A stretch of 32,000 nucleotides of DNA from Delftia acidovorans NBRC 14950 (GTDB taxonomy: Bacteria; Pseudomonadota; Gammaproteobacteria; Burkholderiales; Burkholderiaceae_C), in contig NZ_BCZP01000011.1 of the NCBI RefSeq assembly GCF_001598795.1, forward strand, positions 1 to 32,000. Reading direction: 5' to 3'. The notes under the pieces are model-generated. The model ran no database searches and was not told where the DNA came from. It worked only from the letters and a program-made list of their open reading frames with translations. Made by a program: the position numbers and the translations under genes. Of the stretch, positions 7,584-16,589 are shown one piece after another; position 1 is the first letter of the stretch, and every line of letters begins with the position of its first letter.

Positions 7584-8648
7584 CATGCGCTGCGTCTTGT
7601 GGCCTGTGATCTTCATGATCTGCGTCTCGCTCAGCGTGGTCCGCTCAAACAGGCGGCTGGTCGCTTCGTGTCGCAGATCATGAAATCGCAGGCCCTTGGC
7701 CCCGGCCTGCTCCATGATCCCCGCATACAGGTTCGACAGGTAGTCAGTGGTGGCATGCAGATCTTCATCACGCTTCGACCACCACGGGAAAATCAACGAC
7801 TGCGGGCTGGGCAGATCCAGGCCCTGCAGGTAGCCCTCCAGCACTCCAACTGCCACCGAGGACAGCGGCACTTGCCGCTTGTCACCGTTCTTGGTCTTGT
7901 CCAAAAACACCGTTCGCCGTGGCAGGTCCACCTGCCCGAGCGTCAGCGTGTACATCTCGCGCATCCGCATTGCCGTCTCCACGGCCAGGACGAACAGGCA
8001 TCGCAACGCTGCCTGGTTCTCCAGTTTCAGCGGCCGCTGCCTTCGCGCGAGAACTCCCCCATCAATCACAGCCAACACGGCCTCATACTCGCCGCGCTCC
8101 AGGCGCCGGTCACGCTCCACATCGGTGCGAGCACCACCTTCTGCAAGCGCGGCATCCGTCTTTGTGTACTGGGCATATCCGTCTGGCAGCGTGCGTAGCG
8201 GATGGTCCGGCAGGGACAGCAGCCCCTTTCGCATGCCCCAGTCCGTGCACCTGGCCAGTGCCCCTACCTTGGCACGGATGGTGGCCGGCGCCAGGTTCTC
8301 CACCCTCTTCATTTCCGAAATCCAGCCATCGACCCAAGCCGAATTGATCTCGCTCAGCGGGTAGTGGCCACGGCTGTCCAGGATGGTGCCGAGGGCACTT
8401 CGATCTTTCGGCGACGGATGCGCATCGCGCTCGTACTCGCGCACCAGCTCCTTGATTGTCAGCACCACCTCAGCCTTTTGGTGCTCGGCGGGCACGATGC
8501 CCCGTGACAGCAGGGCATCCAGCCTGGCTGCATATTCATCGCCCTCGGCCTCGGTTGCGAAGGTCAAATAGAGCGGTTTGTCCAGCACGCCCCGGCGCTT
8601 GAACGTGTACTGCCAGGTGCCATTCGGGAACTGTTTCTTGCCTGCCAA
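7530..8648 (-). CDS. int: tyrosine recombinase / phage integrase
   Basis: C-terminal catalytic signature ...RFHDLRHEATSRL...GHKTQRMLMRYANL (R..H-x-x-R..Y). Adjacent to the tRNA 3' end. Confidence 0.9.
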   Translation of the reverse strand: MAGKKQFPNGTWQYTFKRRGVLDKPLYLTFATEAEGDEYAARLDALLSRGIVPAEHQKAEVVLTIKELVREYERDAHPSPKDRSALGTILDSRGHYPLSEINSAWVDGWISEMKRVENLAPATIRAKVGALARCTDWGMRKGLLSLPDHPLRTLPDGYAQYTKTDAALAEGGARTDVERDRRLERGEYEAVLAVIDGGVLARRQRPLKLENQAALRCLFVLAVETAMRMREMYTLTLGQVDLPRRTVFLDKTKNGDKRQVPLSSVAVGVLEGYLQGLDLPSPQSLIFPWWSKRDEDLHATTDYLSNLYAGIMEQAGAKGLRFHDLRHEATSRLFERTTLSETQIMKITGHKTQRMLMRYANLRGTDLANALW

Positions 8649-8701
8649 GCCGGCCTCCGATCTGCTGCAAATGGGGCGCGAGTCTACGCCCAGGCAGGTT
8701 G

Positions 8702-8747
8702 GTAGACAACTATTCTCGGCTGGTAGACGCTCCCTTTGGCTACCATT
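8702..8747. promoter_or_regulatory. Candidate integrase/Xis arm-type binding sites
   Basis: TGGTAGAC occurs at 8702-8709 and 8723-8730 (21-bp phasing). An inverted near-copy, GGCTACCA, is at 8740-8747. All lie between the int start and the tRNA. Confidence 0.3.
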
Positions 8748-8762
8748 CTGGCGGGTAAAACG

Positions 8763-8797
8763 GCAAAGAAAAAGGCCCTAGAAGTCTCTAGGGCCTT
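8763..8797 (-). terminator. Rho-independent terminator downstream of tRNA-Val
   Basis: A 10-bp perfect stem, AGGCCCTAGA / TCTAGGGCCT (8774-8797), is followed on the minus strand by TTTTTCTTT. Confidence 0.6.
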
Positions 8798-8816
8798 GAT
8801 TTAATTCAGTTTTTGG

Positions 8817-8892
8817 TGGTGGGTGCTAACGGGGTCGAACCGCTGACCTACGCCTTGTAAGGGCGCCGCTCTACCAACTGAGCTAAGCACCC
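8817..8892 (-). tRNA. tRNA-Val (anticodon TAC)
   Basis: Manual cloverleaf: acceptor GGGTGCT/AGCACCC, D arm GCTC-AGTTGGTA-GAGC, anticodon arm GCGCC-CTTACAA-GGCGT, T arm AGCGG-TTCGACC-CCGTT, discriminator A and an encoded CCA. Length 76 nt. Confidence 0.93.
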
Positions 8893-8906
8893 CACCTTGA
8901 CTGGTG

Positions 8907-9179
8907 TCAGTTCAGGGCATCTTTCAATGCCTTGCCCGGACGGAACTTTGGAACCTTGGCGGCCTTGATCTTGATGGTTTCGCCGGTGCGGGGGTTGCGG
9001 CCCGTACGAGCAGCGCGCTTACCAACGGCGAATGTGCCAAAACCAACGAGCGACACTGTACCACCCTTTTTGAGGGTTTTCTTCACAGCCTCAATCGTGG
9101 AATCCAGTGCACGAGCAGCCGCAGCCTTGGAGATGTCGGCGTTGTTAGCGATGTGCTCAATCAGTTCGGTTTTATTCAC
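8907..9179 (-). CDS. hupB: DNA-binding protein HU (beta-type)
   Basis: [11 protein letters not shown]...[40 protein letters not shown] is a canonical 90-aa HU sequence. Confidence 0.92.
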   Translation of the reverse strand: MNKTELIEHIANNADISKAAAARALDSTIEAVKKTLKKGGTVSLVGFGTFAVGKRAARTGRNPRTGETIKIKAAKVPKFRPGKALKDALN

Positions 9180-9310
9180 AAGATGCCTCTGGAGAAATAA
9201 GTGAATGGGATGTCTCTGCGGCCACCAACTTGGCTCGGCCAGAAACCCGGCGCGACGGATACGGAATCTGGCTTGCCGTTCGACGCCTGCCTCGGGGCAG
9301 ACATCGGTGA

Positions 9311-9339
9311 ATTAAAGCCATCGACCTTCCAGGTGTCAA
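9311..9339 (-). promoter_or_regulatory. Sigma70-type promoter candidate for hupB
   Basis: On the minus strand: TTGACA (9339-9334), a 17-nt spacer, then TTTAAT (9316-9311). This implies a ~125-nt leader. Confidence 0.4.
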
Positions 9340-9561
9340 TGCACGCTGCGCATCGCAGCGACAGGGGACGATTCTATGCGGTTTTGGCGCCAGCTTTGGC
9401 TTTGCGGCCGGTTTTTTGCGCCCGGCGCAGGCTAGCGGCTTCACGAATTGACAAGGGTTGACAATGGACTTGTCCGCTGCAGGCCTTGCCAGTGCTGCAA
9501 TGCGCCTCACCGCTTCGCATCCACGACGCCGCAGCGGCTGCCCTGCCTGATTCAAATGCTT

Positions 9562-9602
9562 CCAAAAAAATAGCAACGCCAGACAGTTTGACGTGTCTGG
9601 CG
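9562..9602 (-). terminator. Rho-independent terminator downstream of pgsA
   Basis: A 9-bp stem, CGCCAGACA / TGTCTGGCG (9577-9602), is followed on the minus strand by TTGCTATTTTTTTGG. Confidence 0.55.
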
Positions 9603-9631
9603 CAGGATCCCGGGAACGGCCGGAAAGGCCC

Positions 9632-10210
9632 TCAGTGCGTGACCCGCGCGCGGATCTCGGGCAGGGCTTTTTGCAGGTAGTACACCATCGACCAGACGGT
9701 GAGCACCGCCGCCACCCAGATCAGCACCTGGCCCCAGACGCCGGTGTCGATCATGCCGAACACACGGCCGTCGTACAGCAGGAAGGGAATGGCCACCATC
9801 TGCGCCGTGGTCTTGAGCTTGCCGAGCATGTGGACGGCCACGCTCTTGCCCGCGCCCAGGTGCGCCATCCACTCGCGCAGAGCCGAGATGGCGATCTCGC
9901 GGCCGATGATGATCAGGGCCACGAACACATCGGTGCGCTGCAGGTGCACCAGCACCAGCAGCGACGCGCAGACCAGGAACTTGTCGGCCACCGGATCGAG
10001 GAAGGCGCCGAAGGCCGATGTCTGGTTGAGCTTGCGCGCCAGGTAGCCGTCGAGCCAGTCGGTGGCCGCGAAGACGATGAACATGACCGTGGCGACCAGG
10101 TTGCGGGTCGCCACATCGAACGGCGCGTAGAACACCCCGACGATCAGCGGAATCGCGACGATCCGCGTACAGGTCATCAAGGTGGGGATTGTGAGAAACA
10201 TGGCCGCCAT
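9632..10210 (-). CDS. pgsA: CDP-diacylglycerol--glycerol-3-phosphate 3-phosphatidyltransferase
   Basis: The CDP-alcohol phosphatidyltransferase motif is visible (TDWLDGYLARKLNQTSAFGAFLDPVADK). Multi-TM, 192 aa. Confidence 0.9.
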   Translation of the reverse strand: MAAMFLTIPTLMTCTRIVAIPLIVGVFYAPFDVATRNLVATVMFIVFAATDWLDGYLARKLNQTSAFGAFLDPVADKFLVCASLLVLVHLQRTDVFVALIIIGREIAISALREWMAHLGAGKSVAVHMLGKLKTTAQMVAIPFLLYDGRVFGMIDTGVWGQVLIWVAAVLTVWSMVYYLQKALPEIRARVTH

Positions 10211-10278
10211 TGTGTCACGTACCTTGGTGTTTGAGGTTCTGTTTCAAGGCCCGCGGTGCAGCCTGCGGGACGGTCATT

Positions 10279-12231
10279 TCAATGCAATGCACGGTAGATA
10301 TCTTCAGCCAGCGCGGCCGAGATGCCGTCCACGCTGCACAGGTCCTCGACGGTGGCTTCGGACACGCCGCGCACGCCGCCAAAGCGCTGCAGCAGGCGCG
10401 CTCGCTTCTTGGGGCCAACGCCCGGAATCTCCTCGAGCTTGCCGCCGCCCACGCGCACCTTGGCACGCGCCGCGCGCATGCCGGTGATGGCGAAGCGGTG
10501 GGCCTCGTCGCGGATCTGGGCCACCAGCATCAGCGCGGCCGAGTCGTAGCCCAGGTAGATCTTCTCGCGCCCGTCGGCAAAGACCAGCTCTTCCAGGCCG
10601 ACCTTGCGCCCCTCGCCCTTTTCCACGCCCACGATGCGCGAGACATCGAGGCCCAGCTGCTCGAAGACTTCGCGCGCCATGCTGACCTGGCCCTTGCCGC
10701 CGTCGACCAGCACCAGGTCCGGCAGTTGCGGCTGCTTGCCCGTGAGCTCGGCACCGCCCGCCTCTCTTTGCGCTTCGGCCACGCGGCTGTAGCGGCGCGT
10801 CAGCACCTGGCGCATGGCGGCATAGTCGTCGCCGCCCGTGATGCCTTCGATGTTGAAACGCCGGTATTCGCTGCTTTGCATCTTGTGGTGATGGAAGACC
10901 ACGCAGGAGGCCTGCGTTGCCTCGCCCGCCGTGTGCGAGATGTCGAAGCATTCGATGGTGAGTTCATCCAGGTTCTCGCAGGCCAGGTCCAGCGCCTCGA
11001 CCAGCGCGCGCGTGCGCGCCTGCTGCGAGCCTTCTTCGGCCAGCAGGCGGGCCATCTGGATGTCGGCGTTCTTTTGCGCCATCTCCAGCCAGATGCGACG
11101 CTGCTCGCGCGGCTGCTGCACGGCGGTGATGCGCACGCCGCCTTGCTCGCTCAGCAGGGCCAGCAGCTTCTTGTCCACTGGATGGCTGACGATGAGCACG
11201 GGCGGCACGGCCACGCCGGTGTAGTGCTGGGCGATGAAGGCCTCCAGCACGATGTCCTCGACCGGGCGCGCGGATTCGGCAAGATTGGCCTCTTCCTCGC
11301 CGGCGTAGACCGAGGCGGCATCGCCCAGATTGGCGGGAAAGTACGGCCGGTCGCCCAGGTGGCGGCCGCCGCGCACCATGGCCAGATTCACGCAGGCGCG
11401 GCCGCCCTGCACCTTCACGGCGAGAATGTCCACGTCGCGGTCGTCAGCGGTTTCTATGACCTGCTGGTGCAGCACGCGCGACAGCGCCGTCATCTGGTTG
11501 CGCACCTCGGCGGCCTGCTCGTATTCCATGCGCCCGGCGTGCTCCATCATGCGGGCCTCCAGCTGGCGCAGCAGTTCCTGGGTTTCGCCGCGCAGCATGG
11601 CCTCGGCATTGCGCACATCCAGCGCATAGGCTTCGGGCGAGATCAGATCCACGCAAGGGCCGCTGCAGCGCTTGATCTGGTAGAGCAGGCAGGGGCGCGA
11701 GCGGTTGGCAAAGACCGTGTCCTCGCAGGTGCGCAGCCTGAAGACCTTCTGCAGCAGCTGGATGCTTTCCTTGACGGCCCAGGCGTTGGGATAGGGACCG
11801 AAGTAGCGGTGGCGCTTGTCCACGGCACCACGGTAGTAGGCCATGCGCGCGAAGCGCTGGTGGGCAGGCTCGCCAGCCTGGCCGTCGCGCGCGGCCACGC
11901 CGGTGATCTTCAGGTAGGGATAGCTCTTGTCGTCCCGGAACAGGATGTTGTACTTGGGGTGCTGCGTCTTGATGAGGTTGTTTTCGAGCAGCAGGGCCTC
12001 GGCCTCGGAGCGCACCACCGTGGTCTCCATGCGGGCGATCTTGCCCACCATGTGGCCTATGCGCGTGCCGCCATGGTTCTTGGTGAAGTAGCTGGAGACC
12101 CGGCGCTTGAGGTTGATGGCCTTGCCCACGTACAGCAGGCCGCCTGCCGCGTCGAAATAGCGGTAGACGCCGGGCAGACCCGGCAGCGCTGCCACCTGGG
12201 CCAGCAGTTCATCGGAATGGGGTTCGGACAT
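10279..12231 (-). CDS. uvrC: excinuclease ABC subunit C
   Basis: N-terminal GIY-YIG ([25 protein letters not shown]), a UVR domain, and a C-terminal HhH pair ([15 protein letters not shown]). 650 aa. Confidence 0.95.
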   Translation of the reverse strand: MSEPHSDELLAQVAALPGLPGVYRYFDAAGGLLYVGKAINLKRRVSSYFTKNHGGTRIGHMVGKIARMETTVVRSEAEALLLENNLIKTQHPKYNILFRDDKSYPYLKITGVAARDGQAGEPAHQRFARMAYYRGAVDKRHRYFGPYPNAWAVKESIQLLQKVFRLRTCEDTVFANRSRPCLLYQIKRCSGPCVDLISPEAYALDVRNAEAMLRGETQELLRQLEARMMEHAGRMEYEQAAEVRNQMTALSRVLHQQVIETADDRDVDILAVKVQGGRACVNLAMVRGGRHLGDRPYFPANLGDAASVYAGEEEANLAESARPVEDIVLEAFIAQHYTGVAVPPVLIVSHPVDKKLLALLSEQGGVRITAVQQPREQRRIWLEMAQKNADIQMARLLAEEGSQQARTRALVEALDLACENLDELTIECFDISHTAGEATQASCVVFHHHKMQSSEYRRFNIEGITGGDDYAAMRQVLTRRYSRVAEAQREAGGAELTGKQPQLPDLVLVDGGKGQVSMAREVFEQLGLDVSRIVGVEKGEGRKVGLEELVFADGREKIYLGYDSAALMLVAQIRDEAHRFAITGMRAARAKVRVGGGKLEEIPGVGPKKRARLLQRFGGVRGVSEATVEDLCSVDGISAALAEDIYRALH

Positions 12232-12289
12232 GCGCCTATTGTGGCCGCTGCCCGGGCCCGCCGCAGCGGGCCTGCGGGCCCTCGGGCTC

Positions 12290-13276
12290 TTACTCGGCCT
12301 CGATCTTCGAGGATTTGACCACCTGGGCCCAGTTGGACCACTCGGTCTTGACCATGGCGCCCAGCTGCTGCGGGTTCATGTAGTCCGCCGTGGCGCCCTG
12401 CTCCTGTGCCTTTTGCTTGAAGGCCGGGTTCTCCACCACCTTCTTGAGGTCGGCCGTGAGCTTGTCGATCACGGGCTTGGGCGTGGCGGCGGGCGCAAAC
12501 ACGGCAAACCAGGAGGTGGCGTTGACGCCCGCATAGCCGGCCTCGGCCGTGGTGGGCGCATCAGGCAGGCTGGGCAGGCGCTGCGTGCCGGTGACGGCCA
12601 GCACGCGCAGCTTGCCGCTTTGCACATGGGGCATGAAGGGCGGCGCCGTGCCGAAGGTCAGGTCCACCTGGCCACCCAGCAGGTCCTGCAGCGCGGGGCC
12701 GGTGCCCTTGTAGGGGACGTGGACCATCTTGATGCCGGCCTGCTGCTCCAGCATGGCGCCCGTCACGTGCTGCAGCGAGCCATTGCCCGACGAGGCGTAG
12801 TTCAGCTTGCCGGGGTTGGCCTTGGCATAGGCCACGAGTTCGGCCAGCGTCTTGACGGGCAGCTCGGACCGCACCACGATGATCTGCGGCGCCGACAGCA
12901 CATTGGCCACGGGCTGGAAGTCGCCCTGCTCCCAGATGCGGGCCTTGGTCAGGTGGGGCGAGATGACGTGGTAGCCCGAGTACTGCATGAGCAGGGTGTA
13001 GCCATCGGCCTCGGCACGCTTGACCAGGCTGGCTGCGATGGAGCCGTTGCCGCCGCCCTTGTTGTCCACCACCACCGACTGGCCGATGACGGGCGCCAGG
13101 GCCTGGGCCGCCATGCGCGCCGCCAGGTCGGTAGTGCCACCGGCTGCGGCCGGCACGATCATGGTGATGGTCTTGGCGGGGTAGCCGCCCTGGGCCAGCG
13201 CGGCTGTGCCGCCCAGGCCCAGTCCTGCGATGGCCATGGCCACGGCTGCGATCTGTCTGCGTTGAATCTTCTTCAT
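12290..13276 (-). CDS. Bug-family (TctC-like) tripartite tricarboxylate transporter periplasmic substrate-binding protein
   Basis: Signal peptide ending ALAQG, followed by [23 protein letters not shown] and downstream Bug-family motifs. 328 aa. Confidence 0.88.
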   Translation of the reverse strand: MKKIQRRQIAAVAMAIAGLGLGGTAALAQGGYPAKTITMIVPAAAGGTTDLAARMAAQALAPVIGQSVVVDNKGGGNGSIAASLVKRAEADGYTLLMQYSGYHVISPHLTKARIWEQGDFQPVANVLSAPQIIVVRSELPVKTLAELVAYAKANPGKLNYASSGNGSLQHVTGAMLEQQAGIKMVHVPYKGTGPALQDLLGGQVDLTFGTAPPFMPHVQSGKLRVLAVTGTQRLPSLPDAPTTAEAGYAGVNATSWFAVFAPAATPKPVIDKLTADLKKVVENPAFKQKAQEQGATADYMNPQQLGAMVKTEWSNWAQVVKSSKIEAE

Positions 13277-13327
13277 CTTTGTCTCCTTGGTTTGCTCGGT
13301 TCTTGTGAATGAGAATGCGCGCCGGCC

Positions 13328-14317
13328 TCAGCCCTTGGCCAAAGCCCGTTCGCGGATGGCTGCAAAGTCGGCTGGTGGCTGGTGCAGGTCCAGCCGGGCA
13401 CCGGCCTTGGCGATCTGGCTGGCCGTGTCATGGCCGATCAGCGCGGGCAGGCTGCGCGCGGCCGCGACGATCTGCGCCAGGTCCACGCCGGTGTCGTAGC
13501 CCATGAGCTGCAGCGCGTGGACGATGTCCTCGGTGCAGGCATTGCCCGAGGCGCCGGGCGCGTAGGGGCAGCCGCCCAGGCCGCCGATGGAGGCGTCGAA
13601 GCGGTCGCCGCCCGCCTCGATCGAGGCCAGCACATTGCCCAGGGCCATACCGCGTGTATTGTGGAAGTGCAGGGTCAGTCCCAGTTGTGGCCAGCGCTGC
13701 CGGAAGGCGGCCACCATGGCACGCACCTGGGTCGGGAAGGCCATGCCCGTGGTGTCGCACAGCGTGATGCCCTGCACGCCCAGGTCGGCAAAGCGCTGCA
13801 CCCAGTCGAAGACTTCCTGCTGCGGCACGTCGCCCTCCATGGGGCAGCCAAAGCAGCACGACAGCGAGACGTTGACGGGCACGCCCGCCTGCTGCGCCGT
13901 GGCCACGACCTGGGCCAGCGCCGCGAACGACTGGCTGCGCTGCATGCGCAGGTTGCACAGGTTGTGCGTCTCGCTGACCGACATGACCAGGTTGAGCTCG
14001 TCCGTGCGCGCCTCGATGGCGCGCTCGGCGCCGCGGGCATTGGGCACCAGGGCCGTGTAGACCGTGCCGGGGCGGCGCTCTATCTCACGCATGACGATCT
14101 CGCCATCGCGCAGCGCGGGAATGGCCGTGGGCGAGACAAAGGCCGTGACCTCGATCTTGGACAGGCCAGCCTGAGACAGCGCATTGACCAGGGCGATCTT
14201 GTCCTCGGTGGGGACAAAGGCCTGCTCCATCTGCAGCCCGTCGCGCGTGCCGACCTCGTTGAAGAAGACGCGGCGGCCCGCGCCCTGCCAGACATCCGTG
14301 GGGTGGACGGCATTCAT
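13328..14317 (-). CDS. hydroxymethylglutaryl-CoA lyase-like (HMGL family) enzyme
   Basis: EVGTRDGLQME near the N-terminus and LHFHNTRGMALGN match the HMGL/DRE-TIM lyase signature. The start overlaps the upstream stop (ATGA-type junction at 14314-14317). Confidence 0.88.
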   Translation of the reverse strand: MNAVHPTDVWQGAGRRVFFNEVGTRDGLQMEQAFVPTEDKIALVNALSQAGLSKIEVTAFVSPTAIPALRDGEIVMREIERRPGTVYTALVPNARGAERAIEARTDELNLVMSVSETHNLCNLRMQRSQSFAALAQVVATAQQAGVPVNVSLSCCFGCPMEGDVPQQEVFDWVQRFADLGVQGITLCDTTGMAFPTQVRAMVAAFRQRWPQLGLTLHFHNTRGMALGNVLASIEAGGDRFDASIGGLGGCPYAPGASGNACTEDIVHALQLMGYDTGVDLAQIVAAARSLPALIGHDTASQIAKAGARLDLHQPPADFAAIRERALAKG

Positions 14318-15531
14318 TGGATCACTCCCTTGCTGCGCAGCAGCGCAATCTGTTGGGCCGTGAGGCCGGCCTCGGCCAGCACGGCATCGGTGTCATCGCC
14401 CACATGGGGCGCACTGCTGCGCACCGTGCCGGGCGTGAGCGAGAGCTTGGGGACGATGCCCGGCACCTCGATGTCGTCTCCGTCGCGCGTGTGCTGGCTG
14501 AGGATCATGTCGCGGGCGCGGTAATGCGGGTCCTCGGCAATGTCCTTGGCCGTGTAGACCTTGCCGGCCGGCACGCGCGCGGCGGCCAGTTGGTCCATCA
14601 CGGCCTGCACGCTCTGCGAGCGCGTCCAGCCGCCAATGACGGCGTCGATCTCGGCGATGCGCGCCACGCGGCCCGCGTTGTCGGCCAGTTGCGGATCGTC
14701 GGCCAGGTCCTGGCGGCCGATGGTGGCCATCAGGCGCTTGAAGATGGAGTCGCCATTGCCGGCCACCAGCACCCAGCCGTCCTGGCAGGGATAGGCGTTG
14801 GACGGCGCAATGCCCGGCAGCGCGCTGCCCGCCGCCTCGCGCACGGCACCAAAGGCGCTGTATTCGGGCAGCAGGCTTTCCATGACGTTGAACACGGCCT
14901 CGTGCAGCGCCACGTCGATGACCTGGCCGGCACCGCCGTTCACCTTGCGGTGGTACAGGGCCATCATCACGCCGATCACACCATGCAGCGCGGCCAGCGT
15001 GTCGCCTATCGAGACGCCCACGCGCACCGGCACGCGGCCCGGCTCGGCCGTCAGGTGGCGCAGGCCGCCCATGGCCTCGCCTATCACGCCAAAGCCCGGC
15101 AGGTCGCGGTAGGGGCCGGTCTGGCCGTAGCCCGAGATGCGCAGGATGACCAGGCCGGGGTTGAGCGCATGGAGCTCTTCGGGCGACATGCCCCAGCCTT
15201 CCAGCGTGCCGGGGCGGAAGTTCTCGACCAGCACATCGGCCTCGGCGATCAGGCGCCGCGCGATGTCCTGGCCCTCCTGCTGGCGCAGGTCCAGCGCCAC
15301 CGAGCGCTTGTTGCGCGACTGCACCTGCCACCAGACCGAGGTGCCGTTCTTGATCAGGCGCCAGTTGCGCAGCGGATCGCCCGCGCCCGGCGCCTCGATC
15401 TTGACCACGTCGGCGCCGAACTCGCCCAGCGTCTTGCCGCAGAACGGCCCTGCAATCAATTGCCCCATCTCGACCACGCGCACGCCATTGAGTGCGCCGG
15501 GTGTGGGTGCCTGCCTTGTCTGTTGTGTCAT
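14314..15531 (-). CDS. family III CoA-transferase (CaiB/BaiF type)
   Basis: GVRVVEMGQLIAGPFCGKTLGEFGADVVKIE plus an overall 405-aa CaiB/BaiF layout. Confidence 0.9.
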   Translation of the reverse strand: MTQQTRQAPTPGALNGVRVVEMGQLIAGPFCGKTLGEFGADVVKIEAPGAGDPLRNWRLIKNGTSVWWQVQSRNKRSVALDLRQQEGQDIARRLIAEADVLVENFRPGTLEGWGMSPEELHALNPGLVILRISGYGQTGPYRDLPGFGVIGEAMGGLRHLTAEPGRVPVRVGVSIGDTLAALHGVIGVMMALYHRKVNGGAGQVIDVALHEAVFNVMESLLPEYSAFGAVREAAGSALPGIAPSNAYPCQDGWVLVAGNGDSIFKRLMATIGRQDLADDPQLADNAGRVARIAEIDAVIGGWTRSQSVQAVMDQLAAARVPAGKVYTAKDIAEDPHYRARDMILSQHTRDGDDIEVPGIVPKLSLTPGTVRSSAPHVGDDTDAVLAEAGLTAQQIALLRSKGVIQ

Positions 15532-15637
15532 GGGTTAGCGCTTCCTCTTTGTCTCCTGCGGCCAGCCTCCGATGGCATTGCCGCGGCGCCGATCTTGCCG
15601 CCGTCCGCGCGCGCTGCAAAACGCTCAAGCGCGACGC

Positions 15638-15660
15638 TGCCATCGCAAACCGGCATGGCA
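15638..15660. promoter_or_regulatory. LysR-type T-N11-A dyad in the divergent intergenic region
   Basis: Perfect dyad TGCCAT-N11-ATGGCA. It lies 40 bp upstream of the LysR start and ~107 bp upstream of the CoA-transferase start. Confidence 0.45.
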
Positions 15661-15699
15661 GAACCCAGCCGGGCGGGGCCGGGAGATAATCGCCACCCC

Positions 15700-16584
15700 A
15701 TGAAACTCGACCCGATTTCGCTGCGCCTGTTCGTGGCCGTGATGGAGGAAAGCGCCATCGCCCGCGCCGCCGCACGTGAACACATCGCCCCCTCGGCCGC
15801 CAGCCGGCGGCTGGCCGAGCTGGAGAGCCAGCTGCAGGTGGAGCTGTTCACGCGCAGCAACCGCGGCAGCGTGCCCACGGCTGCCGCCTATGCACTGCTG
15901 AACATGGCGCGTGGCGTGCTCAACGACCTGGACGGCATCGGCGAGCAGATGCGCGAGTACGGCAGCGGCCTGCGCGGCCATGTGCGCGTGATGGCCAACA
16001 TCTCGGCCATCACGCAGTTTCTGCCCTCCCAGCTGCAGCGCTTCCTGGACCAGCATCCGCATGTGGACGTGCGCCTGCAGGAGCGCGTGAGCAGCGACAT
16101 CGCACGCGCCGTGGCCGACAACGAGGCCGACATCGGCATCCTCAACCAGGGCAGCTATGGAGAGAAGATCCGCCTGCGCCCGTACCGGCGCGATCGCCTC
16201 ATCGTCATCGTGCCCCAGGGCCATGCGCTGGTACGGCGGCGCTCGCTGCGGCTGGCCCAGGTGCTGGACCATGACCTGGTGGGCATGCACGCCGGCAGCG
16301 CGCTCAACCACCAGATCACGCGCGCGGCCGCTGACCTGGGCCTGCAGCCCCGGCTGCGCATGAAGGTCACGGGCTATGACGCGCTGTGCCTGATGGTGGC
16401 CTCGGGCCTGGGCGTCGGCATCCTGCCCGAAGGCAGCGCACGCCTGTACCTGGGCGCCCTGCCGCTGCGCTGCATTGCGCTGGACGAGCCCTGGGCCGAG
16501 CGCCAGCTGATGCTGTGCGTGCGCTCGCAAGAGGCACTGCCGCCCGTGGCGCAGTTGCTGGTCGAACACCTGTGCGAACCCTGA
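15700..16584 (+). CDS. LysR family transcriptional regulator
   Basis: N-terminal wHTH LRLFVAVMEESAIARAAAREHIAPSAASRRLAELESQL and a C-terminal substrate-binding domain. Only the last 885 nt of the 14317..16584 ORF is used. Confidence 0.9.
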   Translation: MKLDPISLRLFVAVMEESAIARAAAREHIAPSAASRRLAELESQLQVELFTRSNRGSVPTAAAYALLNMARGVLNDLDGIGEQMREYGSGLRGHVRVMANISAITQFLPSQLQRFLDQHPHVDVRLQERVSSDIARAVADNEADIGILNQGSYGEKIRLRPYRRDRLIVIVPQGHALVRRRSLRLAQVLDHDLVGMHAGSALNHQITRAAADLGLQPRLRMKVTGYDALCLMVASGLGVGILPEGSARLYLGALPLRCIALDEPWAERQLMLCVRSQEALPPVAQLLVEHLCEP

Positions 16585-16589
16585 TTCCC

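Larger units (their letters stand above)
1..8816. mobile_element. Integrase-proximal arm of a prophage/integrative element inserted at the tRNA-Val 3' end; the left boundary is outside the window
   Basis: A tyrosine integrase sits directly next to the 3' end of tRNA-Val, with an excisionase-like HTH beside it. Upstream is a co-directional string of small phage-type genes with ATGA/8-nt overlaps, plus an HNH endonuclease, an orphan C5-MTase and an H-NS paralogue. No second att copy is visible in the window. Confidence 0.75.

Noticed and set aside
8817-8860. A second copy of the tRNA-Val 3' segment (att repeat) inside the window
   Set aside because: I found no repeat of this segment by eye anywhere in 1..8800, so the other element boundary must be left of the window. 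The element size therefore cannot be stated.
9448-9463. Tandem TTGACA hexamers on the plus strand as a promoter
   Set aside because: No acceptable -10 hexamer lies 16-19 nt downstream of either copy. Transcription from here would only run antisense into pgsA.
12232-12289. GC hairpin (GGCCCGC-N4-GCGGGCC) after the Bug gene as an intrinsic terminator
   Set aside because: No T-tract follows it on the minus strand. It may be a stability element or REP-like hairpin, but it cannot be called a terminator from sequence.
10210-12318. 702-aa ORF on the plus strand
   Set aside because: It is exactly antisense to uvrC, whose translation has unmistakable GIY-YIG/UVR/HhH motifs. The plus-strand product is Ala/Arg/Gly/His-rich with no motifs. 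This is a typical shadow ORF of a high-GC gene.
14317-15699. N-terminal 461 codons of the 755-aa plus-strand ORF 14317..16584
   Set aside because: This part is antisense to the CaiB-type CoA-transferase and is low-complexity. Only the portion from ATG 15700 reads as a LysR regulator.
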